Shown: positions 52,433 through 64,000 of the stretch, one piece after another
Numbering within the stretch: the stretch's first letter is position 1
Layout: every line of letters begins with the position of its first letter
Assembly (NCBI GenBank): GCA_965238175.1
Contig: CBDEGZ010000003.1
Coordinates: forward strand, 2,464,001-2,528,000
DNA length: 64,000 bases
DNA from: Gammaproteobacteria bacterium
GTDB lineage: Bacteria > Pseudomonadota > Gammaproteobacteria > CAJXQU01
Reading direction: 5' to 3'
The notes under the pieces: generated by a model
What the model was told of the DNA's origin: nothing
Databases searched by the model: none
What the model saw: only the letters and a program-made list of their open reading frames with translations
Made by a program: the position numbers and the translations under genes

Positions 52433-54346
52433 TTAAAGCGATCCGGATGAAATTTCTATATCAGCGTTACTTTTCAAATTTGCAACAAAATCCAGCCAAT
52501 CACTACTACCTTGTTGCTCTTTAAGCCTCTCAATAGTTTTCTTGGCCGATTCATCAACTCCTGTCCATTCGAGATCAGCATTCTTCACAGCAGTAACACC
52601 AACTACAGTGTAATCATTCAAACCATCAGCAAAACCTGTATAAATCGGCTTTCCGTCAGACGGATGACCTAGTTTGAAAACAGATCTCAAAATTGAGCGC
52701 TTAACATTAGGATCATCTCTACTTACTGATTGACTCTTATTCCACTCAACAGACTCTGTCGTTGCCAACTGTTCGGGATCTGCACCTTCATTTAATTTCG
52801 CCAATATCGCAGTTCCAAACTCCTCAGACATATTCTTAAGTTTATCATTAAGAATGGTTGTTTCAATCATGTCATGGACGGCTGGAAGTTCTTTAATTAC
52901 GGCAGGTTTATGATCAAAGGCACGTAATACTATCAATCTTGTATCAGACAGCTCCAGAGGTTCGCTGTTGACTCCTTCTAATACACTATGACTAAATGCT
53001 GCTTCCAGGACATTTGGCCGGCTTGTAAGGTCATCTCCCTTACTTCGGGTAAACGATTCCGTTTGCTTGATTTCAAGACCTAGCGTATCAGAAGCAACTT
53101 CTAGCGAATCTGGATTTTCAAAAACCAGATTTTGCAACTCATCTGCTACTTCGTAGTATTTGGCTTCAGCTTGCGACTGTCTATATTTAGACTCAACATT
53201 ATCTTTTGATTCTGCAAATGTTGATGTCTTCCCTTCTTGGATTTCAACGAGTTTAATCACGTGTAAACCACGTTTACTTCTCACCACATCACTAAATTCA
53301 CCGGCATTGAGACTAAACATAGCCTCGTCAAACTCTACATCCATCACACCTTTTGAAACCGCACCTGTTTTACCCACTTCATCTTCTGCACTAAGTAAGC
53401 CTGCATGTTTTTGTGGAATATCATCAAAATCAACCCCAGACTTAACTAATTCAAGAAGTTTTGTCGCCGAGTCAGTCGCTTTTGTTACAATTTCAGCTGT
53501 TGCATCGGGAGCCAAAGCAACAAAGATGTGTTGAGCAACTCTGCGCTCTTCAAGCGTATAGTCTTGAAGATTTAACTGATAATATTCTTGCAGAATGTCA
53601 TCATCAACATCTATTTGTTTAGCCAATCCTTCTGTAGAAAGATCAATATAACTCACGCGTACCGATTCCTCAGTCTTGTAGCTTTCTTTATTCTTCTCAT
53701 AAAAATCAGAAACCTCTTCTTCACTGACATTGACCTTATCTTTAAATCGCTCAGCTGCAATAGTGGTATAAACAATATCGCGCTTTTGTGTCTGTAATAA
53801 TCCTATTTTATTTTCTTCTCTTTTGGTTACAAACGAAGTATCTGAAATTGCTTTGAGTAATTGATTTTGAAGCATATCACCACGGAGTTGTGTTTCAAAC
53901 GACGCAGGACTTGCTCCAGACTGGGTTAGACGTCTTTCATAAAGCTCATTCGAAAAGTCCCCATTTTCATCGTGAAAAGAATCTAAAGACTGAATCATCG
54001 CCGCAAGTTGATTATTGCTGATACGCATTCCAGATCCTTTACTTACTTGATCAATTACTTGTTGCTCTATGAGGCTTTTGATGACTTCCTGCTTGATACT
54101 ACTTTGATCCATGCTATTCACATCGAGCTTGTCTCCAAACATCTGTTGAAGACGTTCTGTGTAGTTTTGCATGGCATTTTGATATTGGGCTAAACCGATA
54201 TCTTTTCCGTTTACACTAGCGACGGTAACATTCGATCCTCCATCCATATATGAGTTTATACCCCATAAAGCGAATGGAATCGAAATTAGCCCAACAATGA
54301 TCCAGGCCAACCAGCCTTGTGAATGTTCTCGAATGCTTTGAAGCAT
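52433..54346 (-). CDS. ppiD: Periplasmic chaperone / parvulin PPIase PpiD
   Basis: MLQSIRE..QGW.AWII..LI..PFALWG, SurA-like N-domain, parvulin-like segment; downstream of hupB and tRNAs. Confidence 0.9.
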   Translation of the reverse strand: MLQSIREHSQGWLAWIIVGLISIPFALWGINSYMDGGSNVTVASVNGKDIGLAQYQNAMQNYTERLQQMFGDKLDVNSMDQSSIKQEVIKSLIEQQVIDQVSKGSGMRISNNQLAAMIQSLDSFHDENGDFSNELYERRLTQSGASPASFETQLRGDMLQNQLLKAISDTSFVTKREENKIGLLQTQKRDIVYTTIAAERFKDKVNVSEEEVSDFYEKNKESYKTEESVRVSYIDLSTEGLAKQIDVDDDILQEYYQLNLQDYTLEERRVAQHIFVALAPDATAEIVTKATDSATKLLELVKSGVDFDDIPQKHAGLLSAEDEVGKTGAVSKGVMDVEFDEAMFSLNAGEFSDVVRSKRGLHVIKLVEIQEGKTSTFAESKDNVESKYRQSQAEAKYYEVADELQNLVFENPDSLEVASDTLGLEIKQTESFTRSKGDDLTSRPNVLEAAFSHSVLEGVNSEPLELSDTRLIVLRAFDHKPAVIKELPAVHDMIETTILNDKLKNMSEEFGTAILAKLNEGADPEQLATTESVEWNKSQSVSRDDPNVKRSILRSVFKLGHPSDGKPIYTGFADGLNDYTVVGVTAVKNADLEWTGVDESAKKTIERLKEQQGSSDWLDFVANLKSNADIEISSGSL

Positions 54347-54371
54347 AAGCAAAAACCTTTATTTAAAGTTG

Positions 54372-54407
54372 AAAATAAAAAAGGGCGATCCTTAAACGGA
54401 ACGCCCT
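54372..54407 (-). terminator. Rho-independent terminator after the tRNA pair
   Basis: Minus strand AGGGCGTTCC-loop-GGATCGCCCT followed by a T-tract. Confidence 0.75.
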
Positions 54408-54416
54408 AAACATTAA

Positions 54417-54493
54417 TGGCGGAGCGGACGGGACTCGAACCCGCGACCCCCGGCGTGACAGGCCGGTATTCTAACCAACTGAACTACCGCTCC
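54417..54493 (-). tRNA. tRNA-Asp(GTC)
   Basis: GGAGCGGTAGTTCAGTTGGTTAGAATACCGGCCTGTCACGCCGG...GTTCGAGTCCCGTCCGCTCCGCCA, 77 nt. Confidence 0.97.
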
Positions 54494-54501
54494 ATTATGT
54501 T

Positions 54502-54577
54502 TGGTGGGTGCTGAGGGGATCGAACCCCCGACCCTCGCCTTGTAAGGGCGATGCTCTCCCAGCTGAGCTAAGCACCC
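54502..54577 (-). tRNA. tRNA-Val(TAC)
   Basis: GGGTGCTTAGCTCAGCTGGGAGAGCATCGCCCTTACAAGGCGA...GTTCGATCCCCTCAGCACCCACCA, 76 nt. Confidence 0.97.
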
Positions 54578-54586
54578 GAAGGCGCG

Positions 54587-54859
54587 CTAGTTTAAGGCAT
54601 CCTTTAAAGCTTTGCCAGCTTTAAATGTAGGTACTTTTGATGCCTTGATTTTAATAGTTTCACCAGTTCTAGGATTACGTCCAGATCGGGCTGCACGATC
54701 CCTGACAAGAAATGATCCAAAACCCAATAATGCGACAGTGTCGCCTTTTTTTAAAGTCGCTGTAATCGAATCAACAACAGCATCAACCGCACGAGCAGCA
54801 GAAGCTTTCGATAGATCTGCGGATTCGGCAACCGCGTCTACTAATTCAGACTTATTCAT
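54587..54859 (-). CDS. hupB: DNA-binding protein HU-beta
   Basis: [24 protein letters not shown]; follows lon. Confidence 0.96.
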   Translation of the reverse strand: MNKSELVDAVAESADLSKASAARAVDAVVDSITATLKKGDTVALLGFGSFLVRDRAARSGRNPRTGETIKIKASKVPTFKAGKALKDALN

Positions 54860-55184
54860 TTTTTATCCCCTTTGTTGCACCAATTATATTATCGTTATTC
54901 TTTCCACACTTAGAAGATCTTCGCTATGTAGGATGGTTTATGAGCGAACAGAATTTATACCAACTGCCCCTGTTGACGTCAACAGATTATACAAATATTT
55001 TTATTAATAAAACATTTGCTACACACCCCTAATTGTGCATCTTTTATTATAAATTGTCGTATTACTTTCGTAGAATCAAAGAATAAGCTTCGGAAATGAA
55101 TTTCGACTATAAGATAGTTCTAAGTAAATGAATTGGCTAATTTTGCTGACAACATCACAGTTTTAGAAGAACCACGTCGGGATT

Positions 55185-57593
55185 CTAGTGTGTTCTTGTA
55201 CTGCTTTTATTCTTATTATCTTTAGAATCGTCTTTTTTTATTGTATTTTCTGTTGTTTCCAAAAGTAAAGGCGCTGGCAAAGACTGTAACGCAATCTGAA
55301 AAACCTCATCAATCCATTTGACAGGTTTAATCGTTAAGTTCTGTTTAATATTCTCAGGTATTTCTGCAAGATCTTTTTCATTCTCAATGGGTATAAGAAC
55401 GGTATCTATTCCACCTCGCAAAGCGGCAAGTAATTTTTCTTTCAATCCGCCAATGGGTAAAACTTCACCGCGTAAAGTAATCTCTCCGGTCATCGCAACA
55501 TTTGCTTTCACAGGAATATTTGTTAATGCAGAGACTAGTGCTGTACACATACCGACACCTGCACTAGGTCCATCTTTTGGTGTTGCTCCTTCAGGAACAT
55601 GAAAGTGAATGTCATTTTTGGTATAAAAATCAGCATGAACCCCTAACGAATCGCAACGACTACGGATGACTGTAACCGCCGCCTGAATAGACTCCTGCAT
55701 TACATCACCCAATTGACCCGTAAAAATTTCTTTACCTTTGCCTGCAACAACAGCAGATTCAATTGTTAGTAGTTCTCCACCCACTTCTGTCCAGGCAAGA
55801 CCCGTGACCTGGCCAACCTGATCCTGTTCCTCAGCGATACCAAAACGATGACGCTTAACACCAAGGTATTTCTCGATATTACGAGAACTAATCAAAACTT
55901 TCTTTGAATCTGAACCTGTTAGAATTTGTTTGACCACTTTTCGACAGATCTTCGCTATTTCTCGTTCTAATGAACGGACTCCTGCTTCCCTTGTGTAGTA
56001 GCGAATAATATCTCTAATAGCATTTTCAGAAATACTGATCTCACTATTTTTCAAACCACTATTTTTGATCTGTTTAACTAGCAAATATTTAGTTGCAATA
56101 TTGATCTTTTCATCTTCGGTATAACCAGAAATTCTGATGACTTCCATTCGATCTAAAAGAGGCGAAGGTATATTGAGACTATTTGCTGTTGTAACAAACA
56201 TGATCTCAGATAAATCATAATCAATTTCCAGGTAATGATCATTGAAGGTACTATTTTGTTCTGGATCTAGCACTTCCAATAATGCTGATGCAGGATCGCC
56301 ACGAAAATCAGAAGCCATTTTATCAATTTCATCTAATAAGATTAATGGATTACGACTTTTGGCTTTCACCATATTCTGAACAAGTTTGCCTGGCATTGAG
56401 CCAACATAAGTTCGCCTGTGGCCTCGAATCTCAGCCTCATCACGCACTCCACCTAATGACATTCGTATAAACTTTCTATTGGTGGCTTTAGCTATTGAGC
56501 GGCCTAAGGAAGTTTTACCAACACCCGGTGGTCCTACAAGACATAGAATAGGACCTTTTAGTTTTTTCACTCGCTGTTGAACAGCAAGATATTCTAAAAT
56601 ACGTTCTTTTACCTTTTCTAATCCGTAATGATCATCATCCAAAACATCTTCAGCTTGACCAATATCACGGCTTATCTTGTTACGCTTTTTCCAGGGAAGA
56701 TCGACTATCCAATCAATGTAATTTCGCACCACCGTTGCTTCGGCCGACATAGGTGACATCATTTTAAGTTTTTTTAATTCAGAATTGGCTTTATTACGAG
56801 CTTCTTTATTCATGCCCGCTTTTTTGATTTTTTTCTCTAGCTCGTCGAGTTCATTACCACCCACTTCCATCTCACCAAGTTCTTTTTGAATGGCCTTCAT
56901 TTGTTCATTCAAATAGTACTCGCGCTGACTTTTTTCCATCTGGCGCTTAACACGGCTACGCAACTTTCTCTCAACTTGAAGTAGATCAATTTCAGCTTCC
57001 ATTAAGCCGATAAGGTGCTCAAGACGTTTTGCCACATCCGTTATTTCTAGAACTTCTTGTTTATCTTCATGCTTGATGGACATGTGCGCAGCAATGGTAT
57101 CAGCAAGTCGTTCAGGTTCATCTATATTGCTAAGAGATGAAATAATCTCAGGAGGGATCTTCTTATTGAGTTTGACATATTGTTCAAACTCGCTCGTCAC
57201 AGAGCGCATTATAGCTTCAAGTTCACGTTCATCAGTAACCGTATTTTCAATTAGTTCTACGGTAGCCGAAGCAAATTCCAGATTTTTATGTAAGTCGAGC
57301 AGCTTTGCTCTTTGTTCACCTTCAACTAGCACTTTTATAGTGCCATCAGGTAATTTAAGCAGCTGAAGTATATTTGCGAGTGTTCCTACATGATAAACCT
57401 CGTCAATACTTGGATCATCATCACCAGCATTTTTCTGAGCCAGCAGGAATACTTGTTTGTTTGACTCCATTGCTGTTTCAAGCGCTTTGACTGAACGATC
57501 TCTACCCACAAACAACGGGATAACCATGTGTGGATACACCACGACATCGCGAAGTGGCAGTAATGGTACATCTAATTTTTTGGTTTCAGTCAC
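55185..57593 (-). CDS. lon: ATP-dependent protease La
   Basis: [27 protein letters not shown]. Confidence 0.98.
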   Translation of the reverse strand: MTETKKLDVPLLPLRDVVVYPHMVIPLFVGRDRSVKALETAMESNKQVFLLAQKNAGDDDPSIDEVYHVGTLANILQLLKLPDGTIKVLVEGEQRAKLLDLHKNLEFASATVELIENTVTDERELEAIMRSVTSEFEQYVKLNKKIPPEIISSLSNIDEPERLADTIAAHMSIKHEDKQEVLEITDVAKRLEHLIGLMEAEIDLLQVERKLRSRVKRQMEKSQREYYLNEQMKAIQKELGEMEVGGNELDELEKKIKKAGMNKEARNKANSELKKLKMMSPMSAEATVVRNYIDWIVDLPWKKRNKISRDIGQAEDVLDDDHYGLEKVKERILEYLAVQQRVKKLKGPILCLVGPPGVGKTSLGRSIAKATNRKFIRMSLGGVRDEAEIRGHRRTYVGSMPGKLVQNMVKAKSRNPLILLDEIDKMASDFRGDPASALLEVLDPEQNSTFNDHYLEIDYDLSEIMFVTTANSLNIPSPLLDRMEVIRISGYTEDEKINIATKYLLVKQIKNSGLKNSEISISENAIRDIIRYYTREAGVRSLEREIAKICRKVVKQILTGSDSKKVLISSRNIEKYLGVKRHRFGIAEEQDQVGQVTGLAWTEVGGELLTIESAVVAGKGKEIFTGQLGDVMQESIQAAVTVIRSRCDSLGVHADFYTKNDIHFHVPEGATPKDGPSAGVGMCTALVSALTNIPVKANVAMTGEITLRGEVLPIGGLKEKLLAALRGGIDTVLIPIENEKDLAEIPENIKQNLTIKPVKWIDEVFQIALQSLPAPLLLETTENTIKKDDSKDNKNKSSTRTH

Positions 57594-57627
57594 TATTATC
57601 TTGCACCTGTTTAATCACCAGCTGTAA

Positions 57628-58908
57628 CTATTCCGAAGCCGCCTTAGGTAGTTCAGCATCTTCATAGATAAGAATTGGTTTTGATTCACCTTTGATGACA
57701 GTCTCATCGAGAACAACTTTAGTTACATTTTCTAAAGATGGAATATCGTACATTGTTTCAAGAAGGTTTTGTTCGATAATGGATCTCAAACCACGTGCAC
57801 CGGTTTTTCGTTCAAGTGCTTTTCTCGCCACTTCAAGTAGTGCTTCTTTGCGGAGCTCCAATTCAACCCCTTCCATCTCAAACAATTTACTGTATTGTTT
57901 TGATAACGAATTTTTAGGTTCAACTAGAATTTCAACCAATTGTTCTTCTTCCAGTTCTTCCAAAGTCGCAATCACAGGCAGTCGACCAATAAATTCTGGT
58001 ATCAATCCATATTTGATTAAATCTTCAGGTTCAACTTCGTTTAAAACCTCACCGACACTACGACTCTCGTCCTTACTGATAACTTCTGCAGAAAAGCCGA
58101 TGCCGCCTTTTTCAGAACGATCTCGAATAATTTTATCTAATCCGGCAAATGCACCACCACAGATAAACAGAATATTCGCTGTATTAACTTGTAAAAATTC
58201 TTGTTGCGGATGCTTACGCCCACCTTGTGGGGGGACTGAAGCGATAGTACCTTCCACCAACTTCAACAAGGCTTGTTGAACTCCTTCACCAGACACATCG
58301 CGAGTAATAGATGGGTTATCTGACTTACGTGAAATCTTATCTATTTCATCAATATAGACAATGCCTTTCTGGGCTTTATCCACATCGTAATCACATTTTT
58401 GAAGTAATTTTTGAATAATATTTTCAACATCTTCACCCACATAACCAGCTTCAGTTAACGTTGTCGCATCAGCCATAGTAAATGGAACATTAATCATTCT
58501 TGCCAATGTTTCAGCGAGCAGTGTTTTACCACTACCAGTAGGGCCAATCAGTAAAACATTACTTTTTGAAAGTTCTACATCGTCACTTCTGATGTCAGCA
58601 TCTAGACGTTTATAATGATTATAGACAGCGACAGAAAGTATCTTCTTAGCAGTTTGTTGACCAATGACATAATCATCTAATAGATCTTTTATTTCGTGGG
58701 GTGTTGGTAGCTTTCCATCAGAACCACTGACAGATTTATCTTGTATCTCTTCTTTTATAATGTCATTACAAAGATCGACACATTCATCACAAATGAAAAC
58801 CGATGGTCCAGCGATCAGTTTCCTTACCTCATGTTGACTTTTACCACAGAAAGAACAATACAGTAGTCTTTCGCCATCATTCCCATCATCCTGTTTGTCG
58901 TCACTCAT
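57628..58908 (-). CDS. clpX: ClpX ATPase
   Basis: CSFCGK zinc-binding domain, [11 protein letters not shown] loop, [14 protein letters not shown]. Confidence 0.98.
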   Translation of the reverse strand: MSDDKQDDGNDGERLLYCSFCGKSQHEVRKLIAGPSVFICDECVDLCNDIIKEEIQDKSVSGSDGKLPTPHEIKDLLDDYVIGQQTAKKILSVAVYNHYKRLDADIRSDDVELSKSNVLLIGPTGSGKTLLAETLARMINVPFTMADATTLTEAGYVGEDVENIIQKLLQKCDYDVDKAQKGIVYIDEIDKISRKSDNPSITRDVSGEGVQQALLKLVEGTIASVPPQGGRKHPQQEFLQVNTANILFICGGAFAGLDKIIRDRSEKGGIGFSAEVISKDESRSVGEVLNEVEPEDLIKYGLIPEFIGRLPVIATLEELEEEQLVEILVEPKNSLSKQYSKLFEMEGVELELRKEALLEVARKALERKTGARGLRSIIEQNLLETMYDIPSLENVTKVVLDETVIKGESKPILIYEDAELPKAASE

Positions 58909-58986
58909 ACCCTTACCCCTACTCCAAATTCTGGTGAAATCATATCACCTTCCAATATTACGAAACAGTCAGTGAAACAATCTGTA

Positions 58987-59643
58987 TTATTTGTCTTCAC
59001 TCATTTGACTACGGTTTTCCAAAACTGTGTCAATAAGACCATATTTCGCAGCTTCGGCAGCACTCATAAAGTTATCTCGTTCCGTATCTTGTTGAACTTT
59101 TTTAAGCGATTGTCCTGAATGGGAGGCCATAATGTTATTAAGGTTGTCTTTCATTTTCAGGATTTCTTTAGCATGAATATCTATATCTGTAGCTTGTCCT
59201 TGGAAACCACCTAAAGGTTGATGGATCATGACTCTTGAGTTAGGCAAAGCAAAACGTTTACCTGATGCACCTCCAGTGAGTAGCAACGCGCCCATACTTG
59301 CAGCCTGACCGATACACATAGTGCTGACATCTGCCTTAATAAACTGCATGGTGTCGTAAATTGCCATACCGGCTGTTACTACACCGCCAGGTGAGTTGAT
59401 ATAAAAATGGATATCCTTATCAGGATTTTCCGATTCCAAAAACAACATTTGAGCAACAATGACATTTGCTACGTGATCTTCAACACCACCAACCAGGAAA
59501 ATGACACGTTCCTTTAAAAGCCTTGAATAGATATCATATGAACGTTCGCCACGTGCTGACTGCTCTACTACCATCGGTACTAAGTTTAATGCTTTTGTCT
59601 CGTTAGCCTGACTTGTTTGTGTTCTCGGGTCATAAACTGACAT
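58987..59643 (-). CDS. clpP: ClpP protease subunit
   Basis: [30 protein letters not shown] at 59643 follows GAGGTG; alternative GTG start at 59655. Confidence 0.97.
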   Translation of the reverse strand: MSVYDPRTQTSQANETKALNLVPMVVEQSARGERSYDIYSRLLKERVIFLVGGVEDHVANVIVAQMLFLESENPDKDIHFYINSPGGVVTAGMAIYDTMQFIKADVSTMCIGQAASMGALLLTGGASGKRFALPNSRVMIHQPLGGFQGQATDIDIHAKEILKMKDNLNNIMASHSGQSLKKVQQDTERDNFMSAAEAAKYGLIDTVLENRSQMSEDK

Positions 59644-59669
59644 GTAATTATTCACCTCATTTAAAGTTT

Positions 59670-60986
59670 TTATTCGACATTTTCAGGATTCATTAATTCA
59701 TCGAATGTCACAGGCTCATATACTGTCTGAACCTGTTCTGTAATCCAGTTCACCACTTCTTCTTCAAGCACTCTATTTTGAATATCTGCAAGACGAGTTT
59801 TATCAGCATAATACCATTGCATCAGTGCAGCTGGATCTTCATAACTCGCTGCCATCATATTAATCATAGTCCTAACTTTATTTGGTTCTGCTTTCATATC
59901 GTTCGACTTAATTATCTCAGACATAAGCAATCCTAGTGCCACTCTTTTCTTTGCTTCATCAACAAAAGTACCTTTATCTAGTGAATCAAGCTGTTCTGCA
60001 GGTAACCCTTGTTGTGCTAAACGTTGTTTTGAGGACTCTAATAATTGCTCAGTTTCACTATTGACTAAAGTTTGTGGCAATTCGATCGGATTACCGTCAT
60101 AAAGAGCGTTCAAAATTCGAGTCTTAGCCTGATTCTTGACACGTTGCTCACTTTCTCTTTCAACATTTTCACGAATGTTCTGTTTAAACGCATCTAGCCC
60201 ACCTTCTGTAACACCGTACTTTTGGAAGAATTCCTCATCAAGTTCAGGTAACTCTACTTCCGAAACCTTATTTAGAGTTACGTCAAAACGTACAGCCTTT
60301 CCAGCAAGATCTGCATTCTGATATGGCGTAGGAAATTCAAGTTCCAGACTCGCACTTTCATTCGCCTTAAGGCCGACCAAACCTTCCTCAAAGCCAACGA
60401 TAAACTGTTTTGATCCGAGCTCTAAATCAAACCCTTGTGCTTCACCACCTTCAAACTTTTCGTTTTCAATAAAACCAGCAAAATCAAGATTAACTTGATC
60501 ACCTGTAGCTGCTTTACGATCTACTTCCTTCCAATTTGCTTGCTGTGCACGCAATGTCTCAATCATCTTATCGACATCCGCATCCACCACCTCACAAGAA
60601 GATACGTTAACCTTAATCTTGTCTAATGGGTTTAGGACTATTTTTGGAAATATATCAAAAACCGCAGTGTATGAAAGCCCATGATCAGAACCATCATCTT
60701 CGTGATGCTCAATAGACGGCTCACCAGCGGGTGTCAATTGCTCAGCATCTAAAGCCTCGGCATATGTTTTACGCATAATCTCGCCAAGAACCTCCAACCT
60801 TACTTGCTTACCATAACGTTGTTGGACGACTTTAGCTGGGACCTTACCTTGACGAAACCCATCTATACGAACGGTTTTCGTTAATGACTGTAGACGTTTT
60901 TTTATCTCACCCTCAATTTGAACTTCGGGTACATCTACCCGCATACGACGCTCCAGCGCCCCCGTAGATTCGACAGAAACCTGCAT
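59670..60986 (-). CDS. tig: Trigger factor
   Basis: [14 protein letters not shown] ribosome-binding motif, FKBP domain. Confidence 0.97.
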   Translation of the reverse strand: MQVSVESTGALERRMRVDVPEVQIEGEIKKRLQSLTKTVRIDGFRQGKVPAKVVQQRYGKQVRLEVLGEIMRKTYAEALDAEQLTPAGEPSIEHHEDDGSDHGLSYTAVFDIFPKIVLNPLDKIKVNVSSCEVVDADVDKMIETLRAQQANWKEVDRKAATGDQVNLDFAGFIENEKFEGGEAQGFDLELGSKQFIVGFEEGLVGLKANESASLELEFPTPYQNADLAGKAVRFDVTLNKVSEVELPELDEEFFQKYGVTEGGLDAFKQNIRENVERESEQRVKNQAKTRILNALYDGNPIELPQTLVNSETEQLLESSKQRLAQQGLPAEQLDSLDKGTFVDEAKKRVALGLLMSEIIKSNDMKAEPNKVRTMINMMAASYEDPAALMQWYYADKTRLADIQNRVLEEEVVNWITEQVQTVYEPVTFDELMNPENVE

Positions 60987-61029
60987 TTTTATGCCTCAGA
61001 ATTTATTTATCTCAGAAATTATTGGGGAT

Positions 61030-61114
<85 letters not shown>

Positions 61115-61312
61115 ACTAATTTTGGATGATACCCTAAAATTACCATTCAACAAAGCTATTATAGTTCGCAAAACACATATATGAAAGTCAGTACGTCCCC
61201 ATTCTTATGACAAGCTTAACATTTCACCACCATTCAGTTAGAGTTGCGCATTTTTACATGTCAATATCATAGATCACACTTAACATCTCAAAGGTAAAAA
61301 GCCTTAAATACT

Positions 61313-62536
61313 ATGGCATTAATAATTCAAAAGTACGGTGGGACTTCCGTTGGAAGTATTGAACGGATCAATGCGGTTGCAGATAAAGTTCTCTCCTATA
61401 AACAACAAGGTCATAATGTAGTCGTTGTAGTCTCTGCAATGAGCGGTGAGACCAATCGACTAATAGGGCTTGCAGAGGAAATATCCCCAAATCCTAAAGG
61501 ACGTGAATTAGATACACTCCTGTCTACCGGTGAACAAATTACGATTGCTCTCTTATCAATGGCAATAGAAACGAAAGGTGTACAAGCCCGATCATATACA
61601 GGTGGCCAGGTCAGAATCTTAACCAGCTCTGTTCATAACAAAGCACGAATACTGAGTATTGATGAGCAAAACATCAAAAATGATCTTAGTGAAGGGCGAG
61701 TCGTTGTTGTGGCTGGTTTTCAAGGTGTTGATGAAAATAATAACATCACGACATTAGGTAGGGGTGGATCTGACACAACAGCAGTTGCCTTAGCCGCCGC
61801 TTTAAACGCTAACGAATGTCAAATCTTTACTGATGTCGATGGGGTTTATACAACAGACCCAAGAATTGTACCCGAAGCTCGTCGCTTAAATTTTGTAACC
61901 TATGAAGAAATGCTAGAAATGGCAAGTCTTGGTGCAAAAGTACTGCAAATAAGATCTGTTGAGTTCGCTCAAAAGTATAATGTCCCCCTACGCGTATTAT
62001 CTTCATTCGAAGAAGGTAAAGGCACACTTATTTCCTCAGAGGATAATGCTATGGAACAAGTTACGATCTCAGGGATCACTGCTAATAAAGATGAAGCAAA
62101 AGTAACCCTACTTGGTGTCCCTGATAGACCTGGAATTGCTGTAGGTATTCTAGGCCCTATTGCCGATGCTGCCATTGAAGTTGATATGATCATACAAAAT
62201 GTAAGTGCTGATGGTACAACTGACTTTACATTCACTGTTAATCGGCCAGACTATTTACAAACGCTAGAAATTCTTGACAATATTAAACAGACACTTGGAG
62301 CAAGGGATCTAAAAGGTGATGAAAAAATTGTTAAGCTTTCTATTGTTGGGATAGGCATGCGATCACACGCAGGTATTGCAAGCAAAATGTTCAAAGCGCT
62401 ATCGGACGAAGGTATCAATATCCAAATGATTTCTACTTCTGAGATCAAAATATCCGTCGTTGTCGATGAAAAGTACTTGGAATTAGGTGTCAGAACGCTC
62501 CATTCTGCGTTTGGACTGGACGTAGGTGAAAACTGA
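61313..62536 (+). CDS. lysC: Aspartate kinase (with ACT domains)
   Basis: QKYGGTSV, VVSAM, TTLGRGGSD, DVDGVYTTDP, STSEIK. Confidence 0.96.
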   Translation: MALIIQKYGGTSVGSIERINAVADKVLSYKQQGHNVVVVVSAMSGETNRLIGLAEEISPNPKGRELDTLLSTGEQITIALLSMAIETKGVQARSYTGGQVRILTSSVHNKARILSIDEQNIKNDLSEGRVVVVAGFQGVDENNNITTLGRGGSDTTAVALAAALNANECQIFTDVDGVYTTDPRIVPEARRLNFVTYEEMLEMASLGAKVLQIRSVEFAQKYNVPLRVLSSFEEGKGTLISSEDNAMEQVTISGITANKDEAKVTLLGVPDRPGIAVGILGPIADAAIEVDMIIQNVSADGTTDFTFTVNRPDYLQTLEILDNIKQTLGARDLKGDEKIVKLSIVGIGMRSHAGIASKMFKALSDEGINIQMISTSEIKISVVVDEKYLELGVRTLHSAFGLDVGEN

Positions 62537-62689
62537 GGCATAATACCCCCTGGGTGGGGATCCAAAAGATTAAACATTGTGATAAAAAACATACCGGAAA
62601 TACTCTGTAGAGTATATAATCCCCACCGTTGCATCTCAAATTAAACTGACATAATAATTGGCCAATAAAAAAATGGAGCTAAAAACCAG

Positions 62690-62890
62690 ATGCTTATACT
62701 GACAAGACGAGTGGGAGAAGCACTTATGATTGGTGATGAAGTCACCATAACAGTGCTAGGCATTAAGGGGAATCAGGTACGTCTGGGTGTTAATGCGCCA
62801 AGAGAAGTAGCTGTACATAGAGAAGAAATATATCAACGAATCCAAGATGAAAAAGATGAAGGCGATGAAGGTAATTCTACTGAAGACTAA
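62690..62890 (+). CDS. csrA: Carbon storage regulator CsrA
   Basis: [26 protein letters not shown]. Confidence 0.97.
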   Translation: MLILTRRVGEALMIGDEVTITVLGIKGNQVRLGVNAPREVAVHREEIYQRIQDEKDEGDEGNSTED

Positions 62891-62974
62891 GGCATCATAA
62901 AAGCTCCCAAAACCAACAAAAATAGTCACACAACTCTTTACAAAGTTACCAGGACAAGTATCCTACATATCCGT

Positions 62975-63066
62975 GGAGAGGTGGCCGAGCGGCTGAAGGC
63001 GCTCCCCTGCTAAGGGAGTATACGGTTTATCCCGTATCGAGGGTTCGAATCCCTCTCTCTCCGCCA
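62975..63066 (+). tRNA. tRNA-Ser(GCT)
   Basis: GGAGAGGTGGCCGAGCGGCTGAAGGCGCTCCCCTGCTAAGGGAG...GTTCGAATCCCTCTCTCTCCGCCA. Confidence 0.97.
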
Positions 63067-64000
63067 TAATAAAAAAGTATTTAGCGGGCATTGACTCGGA
63101 ATACACCAAAATGAGCGCCCGTAGCTCAGCTGGATAGAGTACCTGGCTACGAACCAGGTGGTCGGAGGTTCGAATCCTTCCGGGCGCGCCATTTTACTTT
63201 TACACTCGTCGAAAGCCCCTAACACCTTGAAAGGCAAGGTGGTTTCAGCGGTTCGAAACCCCTCATTTCGTACATACTGCAAACGGTCAGCAAAGGTCAG
63301 TTTTAACACTGCGCGTTTGTTCTCCAATCCCTCACAAGCCCAGGGTTTATGCGGGTCTGACAAAAATTTTAGCGCGGTTCGAAGTGCGTTATCAAACGGC
63401 TTCAATGGTTGCCCTTGTTTCACCCTTTTTTCCTCATAAACTATCTTTTGCGCCTCAAGCTCTGTTATCTTTTTTTCGTAAGTATCAATCAGACTGGGCG
63501 ATTCTGTGCCGATAACCCGGGTTACTAATCGCTCAATGTCTTGCTGTGTTTTTACAATATTTGCTTCCATATCTTTAGCGTAGTGCTCTTGTGTTTGGCC
63601 TAGGTGTGTCCACCACGCTTTAAACATATCCGTAGCTAAACCGAACAGTGCTTTGGTCGGCGTGAGTTGTTTCAATAGGGTTTCAAACTCCCCTTCAATC
63701 ACATCACGCCGAATGGATTTACTTTTACTCTCACAACCCTTGGTGACACAGTAATAATAGGGATGATGTTTGCTACGCCCTTTGCTCCAACAGGCCGTCA
63801 ACGGCTTGCCGCAGTCACCACAAGCCACAAACCCTCTCAAAGGGAAGTCTTCGCTAAGATTTTTGCGTGCGGGAACATAGGCATGACCTTTCAACCGACC
63901 CTGTATTTTTTGATAGGTCTCAAAGCTAATTAAGGCCTCATGTTTACCGGGACGCAATGAAACATCCCACTTGGGCGATTCAATATACCTGCATAAAGGG
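63010..64000 (-). CDS. C-terminal part of a large serine recombinase (integrase); 5' end beyond window, possibly frameshifted
   Basis: End of recombinase domain (GKHEALIS.ETY..IQ), zinc ribbon FPLRGFVACGDCG..YYYC...C, and coiled coil. The frame continues antisense across tRNA-Arg. Confidence 0.85.
   Translation of the reverse strand, partial: PLCRYIESPKWDVSLRPGKHEALISFETYQKIQGRLKGHAYVPARKNLSEDFPLRGFVACGDCGKPLTACWSKGRSKHHPYYYCVTKGCESKSKSIRRDVIEGEFETLLKQLTPTKALFGLATDMFKAWWTHLGQTQEHYAKDMEANIVKTQQDIERLVTRVIGTESPSLIDTYEKKITELEAQKIVYEEKRVKQGQPLKPFDNALRTALKFLSDPHKPWACEGLENKRAVLKLTFADRLQYVRNEGFRTAETTLPFKVLGAFDECKSKMARPEGFEPPTTWFVARYSIQLSYGRSFWCIPSQCPLNTFLLWRRERDSNPRYGINRILP
63115..63191 (+). tRNA. 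tRNA-Arg(ACG)
   Basis: GCGCCCGTAGCTCAGCTGGATAGAGTACCTGGCTACGAACCAGG...GTTCGAATCCTTCCGGGCGCGCCA. Confidence 0.97.
63192..64000. mobile_element. Edge of an integrative element or genomic island inserted at tRNA-Arg(ACG)
   Basis: The integrase gene abuts and overlaps the tRNA 3' end. The distal att site is outside the window. Confidence 0.7.

Overview
AT-rich gammaproteobacterial chromosome segment, probably from a marine lineage. Bases 1-12.9 kb are an accessory island with two sugar-type (CUT2) ABC importers flanking a hybrid histidine kinase, a NarL-family regulator and a TorT-like periplasmic protein. The left importer is atypical: its ATPase has a ~250-aa tail with four copies of a YSxxDxxxFxxLM motif, and its permease has extra C-terminal membrane segments. 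Bases 13-33 kb hold a stand-alone fusA and small metabolic or accessory genes (tandem truncated hemoglobins, aqpZ, an SMI1/KNR4 lipoprotein, panP, a B12 radical SAM enzyme, trhO). A TetR / GyrI-like / Rieske-oxygenase module there appears to have split a YHS-domain gene in two. Bases 33-63 kb are mostly core genes: darP, pncC-thpR-recA-recX-alaS, an alphaproteobacterial-style sdhCDAB with assembly factors, a TtpC-type TonB system preceded by a MITE, ppiD, hupB, lon-clpX-clpP-tig, aspartate kinase, csrA and five tRNAs. The window ends inside an element integrated at tRNA-Arg(ACG), whose large serine recombinase frame runs antisense through tRNA-Arg into tRNA-Ser. All family assignments come from motif recognition by eye; no database searches were run.
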